Origin: Eukaryota sp. GEM-RC1
Taxonomy: Eukaryota
Reading direction: 5' to 3'
DNA length: 64,000 nt
Assembly (NCBI GenBank): GCA_040285855.1
Contig: JAUFOQ010000010.1
Span: 992,001 to 1,056,000 of the forward strand
Shown: positions 58,680 through 64,000 of the stretch, in pieces
Position numbering within the stretch: position 1 is the stretch's first letter
Layout: every line of letters starts with the position of its first letter
Made by a program: the position numbers and the translations under genes
The notes under the pieces: model-generated
Databases searched by the model: none
Told to the model about the DNA's origin: nothing
The model's input: only the letters and a program-made list of their open reading frames with translations

Positions 58680-61600
58680 TCACGTGCTCATTTGGACTGG
58701 GGTGCTGGCAGACAGCATATCTAAAAATGATAATGTAGTTTCCTCTTCAGCTTCGAGAGTGGAAAGCATTTTCCTGAAAACAAAGAAGTAGCAAACAACC
58801 AACGTCACAATAAATGATAAAAATATAATTAACAAAACATTACTATAAAGGTGACGTTGGTCCGAGACGAAATTAAAAAAGAGATCAATACTTTTGATTG
58901 ACATTTTTGTTAACAAATGTCCAGTCGAGATGATTGTTTGAACATGGCTTGCTGAACATGAAGATTCAATATCTGCTTCTTTACCAGTAAATTTCTTAAC
59001 ATTGTCCACAAAGTAGTACAATAAAGAGTGCATACCATTTTGTTCAAAATTAAAATTTTCCAATAATTGATCAAAATCATCATCACTAGAGTCAAAAAGG
59101 AGAGAAGTCTGTTGAAGTCCCGTATGTATCAATCCTGGTACCAACTCGTGATGTCTCTTCATCAAATCACTTGCATAATTAGACGCATAATAAAAGGCAG
59201 TTTCCATTGAGAAGGGATCAGCACACCCACGTGATAACTGAGAGGTGATCATAGGAACTAGAGCTGAGCGACGTCCTATATCAGAAAAATACTTTGGATA
59301 TCGAGATAGTGATAAAAAGGAATACACGCTGAAACTAAAGAATAATACTAAAATAACAAATAGAACAGAAAGAGCATACACACAGTGTTTAGAGAATCGT
59401 CTGACTGTCGCTACATTGACTTTCTGTTTGATGATGTTTTTTCCGTGATTATTTTGATTACCAGACAAAAGATATGCAACAAAGTCCTTGTAAATTCCAA
59501 TGTAAAAGCCGAGAAATAAGGATAATGAAATGACAACGACAATCAGAATCAATACTAGTAATGAGTATTGACGGATTTGATTGACATGATCACGTAGCAA
59601 CGACTGTAGAGATGCAACTGTGAACTCTCTTAAATTGCCAAAGAGATTCGCCACATCGGCAGTCATTTGTTCATAACTTCTTGACGAAAGAATGGCCATT
59701 GATAAAAGTGATTTTGACTCTGAGTCGAGATCAAGGTCGAAATCAGTGTTTGATAGTCGTAAGTCATTAGGTAGACTCCATGTTGCACCGGAAGTTGATT
59801 GCTCAGTCCACGTGATGTGAGAGAGATTGTGAGTACCAATTTCTAAAGAGGAAAGTTTTAAACGTGCTGAAATCAAAATGCGTTCCATGATTGCTGGAAA
59901 ACGTGCACTGATTGCATCACTTTGAGACAAAATCTTAGAACATAACTCACCCAAAACTGCATCGTCACAAATTTGCGAGTGTGAAAACAATTCTAAATTT
60001 TCCTGTAAATTATTCAATCTACCAGAAAACCGTGGATAATAGTCAATACGTTCATAAGCCATAACCTGGGGAGTTCTTTTGATTCCATGGAACAACCACT
60101 CAGTTTGAATCACGTGACCAAAGAGATCAATTCCTTGGATTGCACTTGATTGGAGCTCATTGAAGACAGATCGTGATAAGAACAGGATAACAGTGGAACC
60201 AAGAAACAAAACCAAAGATAGAATAGAGACAGAAATTATAAAATAATTGGTTCGTTGATTCTTTTTCTAATTATAAATTGAAGAGTGAAAATGAAGATAG
60301 CTGTGCTCAATACAAGTAGAATAATATTAAAATTTAAAAAATTGCGGACAGTTTGGACCATTTGAGTAATTTCCTCAGTTCTGGAAGTCACAATCATATT
60401 AGGAACTCCTTCCATAGAGCTCATGTAACGTGAGTTGATACTGAGCCATCTAGGAGAGCAGATCGTGTGACGTGACAGGGTCAAAATGTCGTCTGATTGT
60501 AATGATGAGTCATGAGAGGAGTTAGTATACCAATGAGAAACTGTTGGAAATTCTAATTGACGCTCTAAAGCAATAGTTTCCGAATCGATATTGTACTCAA
60601 ATTCAGAAATATTTGGGAATAATTCAGGTGGAAAAGAAAACACGTGTGTTAACAGGGAGAGTGAAATTTGTTCTAAATATTTAATTTCATTTAAATGTGT
60701 GTTTCCAGTGGATAATGCTGATAATTCTGCATTAGTGAGATCCATTTCCATTATTTGCCGAATTAATCGTTCACGATGGCCACTAAAATACAAATTTTTA
60801 AATTTGTGCAAAAAGAACAAATCACCAAACCCAGAAAAATACTGTAAATATGTCGAGAGTGTTCGATGAGTAATGGTCACATCAGCAGCCGTGGCTCTGG
60901 CAGTCAGTGCCACGTCGACATTGTTCATGATTTCATCAACAGAATCTTCCACGTATCTGATGGAAAAGACCATAATCACAAGTAAGATTATTGAACAGAG
61001 GAGACCAACAGTAAACATTATATTGGATTTGAAATTTGGTTGTGAAGCCTGCTTTTGGTCGTTTTCAGAAGTGTCTTCGTCGTTGTTTTCAGGTAAGCTT
61101 AGAAAGACGCTATCAGTAGATTGTGCCACGAATTCAGAAGCGCTACTGCAATCATCATCGGACAAATCAGATTGATTGGAATCATTGTTTGGACGTGATT
61201 TTGTCTTCTTTTCATAAATGCAAACTTTTGATCATTCAAAATTTTCAAAATTTCAGATCGTGGAATGTACAAAAACAAATTTAAAATTGCTTGTCTTTCC
61301 TCACTAATCTTTGTCAAAGCTCTTCCAAACAATCCTACACCCATAACCACTATAATTATTAAAATAGTAGTAGCTGCAGCGACTTGATATAGGATTGATT
61401 GAACAACAACAGAACTAGAAAGTTCCACCACATATTGATAAAATACTTCAAGAGAAGAAAACACAGTGAAAATGGAGGAAATGAAGGTGTTGATGGAGCT
61501 TTGGGGAAGGTTGACGTCATCAGCAGCAATCACACGTGATATGATTGAGCTTAATTGGGCATGACGAAGACCCAAACTCCAAAAGGACAACACATCAGCA

Positions 61601-63885
61601 CTTTCCTGTAATGGAGTGTAATTATGCACATTGAAAGCAGCAAACAATGGTGACGTCAGCAATGCCAGCAAGGCATCTGCTGGTGGATAAAACTGGGGAC
61701 TGTTGGGACACACATCCACAGCGGATTCATGTTCTTGAAGTAATACCAATCGACGTAAATGAAAACTTAAATGGGAAGTTTCCTTTGAAATTAACTGGGT
61801 CAAATCATGACGTGACTCATTATTGATTGACGGGGACAGACTTTCCAAAACATATGATCCCAATAATTGACTGGAAATATCAACATGAGTTCCTTCGTAG
61901 AGATCAGCGTAGACCTTGTCCATGTGGTTAAGGAAGGAAGACGAAATGAAGAAAGCACCAGCTGAAAGGACAAGCATAATGATGAGAGCTACCGTGATGG
62001 CATATTTGAGGTAAAAATGGCACTCTTAGAGTCAATCAAATCTGATTGTTCTTGTATGAGTGCAATGGAACGTGATTGTTTGGCTCTTGGTTTGTAGTTT
62101 GATCCACCATAAATGTTGATTGATCCAATGGAAGACCCAGCAAGACTTGATCGATCAGATGACGTCAGCAATTGCACCTGGTCTGTGATTGCTTGAGCTT
62201 TTGCTGGTCACATTCGATTTCTTCCGCAAACTTCGCATATGATTCCAATAATTGCTTCTGTTCTCCGTGGGAATATAGCATTCTGTTGAAGAGAGTTTGA
62301 AGAGAGAGTTTGGATGATTGAACTTTTTGTAAAATTTTGGGTAACACGGATAGATCAACACGTTCTGATATTAGAATAGACCAAAATTTGAATAATTCTT
62401 CAAGCGTCTGATTGTGTAGTAGATTGATCTCTTTTTGGTGTCGTTGATATTGGATAAACGATGATGAATCGACTGTAACACCAGTAGAGTGTGTTCGACG
62501 AAGACTGTCTAATAACTGCGAATATTTAAAAAATTGAAATTTTTCGTCAATGGTGAGGTCAACGTCCAAGTCTTTTAGAGATGCAAATGAAACTCCAGCA
62601 GTGACATGATCTTTGAGAACTAAAATTTCAAATCTGAGCTTCCAGATTAAAAAGAGTGGATAATTTGAAAATTTTGATTCACCTTCTGCAAAAAAAAGTC
62701 TTGACTGCTAACAAATTCTGTACTAGAGCAGTTTTTGTTCCAATAGACCGTGTGAAGCAGTCAAAAACAAATACATTTTTAAAATATTGAGAATTAAATT
62801 TTCGTACATCATGAAAATTAAAATCAATATCCGATAAAGATTCATTCTGTTCCGTAGAAGAACTACGTTCGAGATGATACTGATACCGTGCAACAATTTT
62901 GAATATTTTGCGAATTTTCAACCACGTGATCAATCCCCAAAGACTTCCAAATAACGCCATTAAGCCATAAAATAGAGCAGCATTACCATATTGACCAATT
63001 GAATAAAACTGACTGGTAAACGAGTGACCAAAAGGCAACTGCCGTTCCCACCCACAATCCAAACCCAATCATGACCTTGATGTTGACGTGAGACTTGTAG
63101 AAAGGAAGGCATTTGAAGTAAACATACGAGACGTAAAGAGATCCGAGAAGGTATATCACACGGAACTCCCAGTAGCGATGGTGTGCTAGAAAGAAGAAGG
63201 AGATGATGACTACTTGAACAATGAGGAACTTGGACTGAGCACGAGTATGAGAGGAAGAGAAGATGCGTTTGGAGAAAGGATTGTCACTGGTGGTTAGTGT
63301 CCATACATAGCGGATGAAGAGGAAGAAGGCGATGAGGAGGAGGATGAGGACACGTTGGATGATACCAGATGCATTAGAGCATGAGGAATCTACTGAGTCT
63401 TGAGTAAAGGAAAGTGAAGAGGGGGAGGGGGGTTGGCAGGGCAGAAAAGAGAAGAGGTAGGAAATGATTGGAAAGAACAGAACTTCCAGGACGACCTTGG
63501 CAATCAAAGATAAGAGAATCAATGTAACAGTGGTGAGTCTGTGGGAGCAATTGACTAAGGAGATCACCAACACCAGCGTGGTCAGTATCAGACAGATAAC
63601 AGTGATTGATGTTAGAAGAATTGTAGGACTTATAAGAATGTAGTTATCGTAGATCGGGAGAGATACCAGACGTAAGAAAGGCTGGATATCGAATATCGCA
63701 GGGAAACTTAGGGTACGGGTGACAAATCCAATGACTTGGAAGATTATTACGTACCAACAAACATAGGAAAGTCTATCAAACCTGGGCGATACTTTAGTGA
63801 CTTGAAGAAGTTGTTTGAAAACACAGAGAAAGTGGTTATGAAGAGTACCTGACGTCCTGTTGTTAAAGAAATCACAACCAAACAT
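58680..63885 (-). CDS. Large multi-pass membrane protein, TmcB/TmcC (tiny macrocysts)-like; seven ORF pieces joined by six single-base shifts
   Basis: N-terminal multi-TM block (..LPFY..N..), helical FWSIL..LLESYAKF region, Ser/acidic linkers, repeated TM pairs, C-terminal LVVCYFFVFRKML..E..T..FLDM; family assignment is from motif recall only. Confidence 0.65.
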
Positions 63886-64000
63886 ACAAGGTTAAAGAAG
63901 AAAGTTCAGACATGATCACAACGTGGACAGCGTGAAGGGATGACCAGCAGGGAAGAGAGCTGTTGATGTTATAGAATCCCGTGGAAATCAACTTTGACAG

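Noticed and set aside
58680..63885. Introns as the explanation for breaks in the TmcB-like gene
   Set aside because: Adjacent frames overlap and join with one-base shifts at homopolymers, so no intron is needed; I did not identify GT-AG introns there.
1..64000. tRNA, rRNA or other structured RNA genes
   Set aside because: None recognised by eye; a covariance-model scan was not possible.

Overview
Eukaryotic, protist-like genomic DNA: it has a ~31-nt GT-AG intron, LTR and non-LTR retrotransposons, MITEs, and no operon, RNA-gene or CRISPR signal. The first ~28 kb is a head-to-tail array of 18 cassettes. Each cassette is a ~550-bp spacer, 3-12 near-identical 84-bp (28-aa, ribonuclease-inhibitor-type) LRR modules, and a constant C-terminal cap with stop. 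There are ~113 modules by my count. The cassettes have no in-frame ATG and no N-terminal domain. Their variation is almost confined to the exposed beta-strand codons and is combinatorial, and one cassette is visibly a recombinant of two others. This looks like a modular LRR-diversification reservoir (donor cassettes or alternative 3' exons); that function is inference. The last cassette is interrupted by a very young Ty3/gypsy chromovirus-like element (identical 121-bp LTRs, GTAA TSD) and followed by a MITE. Downstream are full-length LRR genes with a shared N-terminal domain (one fused to an eIF4B/4H-like RRM), gypsy relics, two paralogous secreted integrin-beta-like genes, an RLE-type non-LTR element, more MITEs and a TmcB/C-like membrane protein gene. 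Many otherwise intact reading frames are broken by single-base shifts at homopolymers; assembly error is the default explanation and recoding is not excluded.
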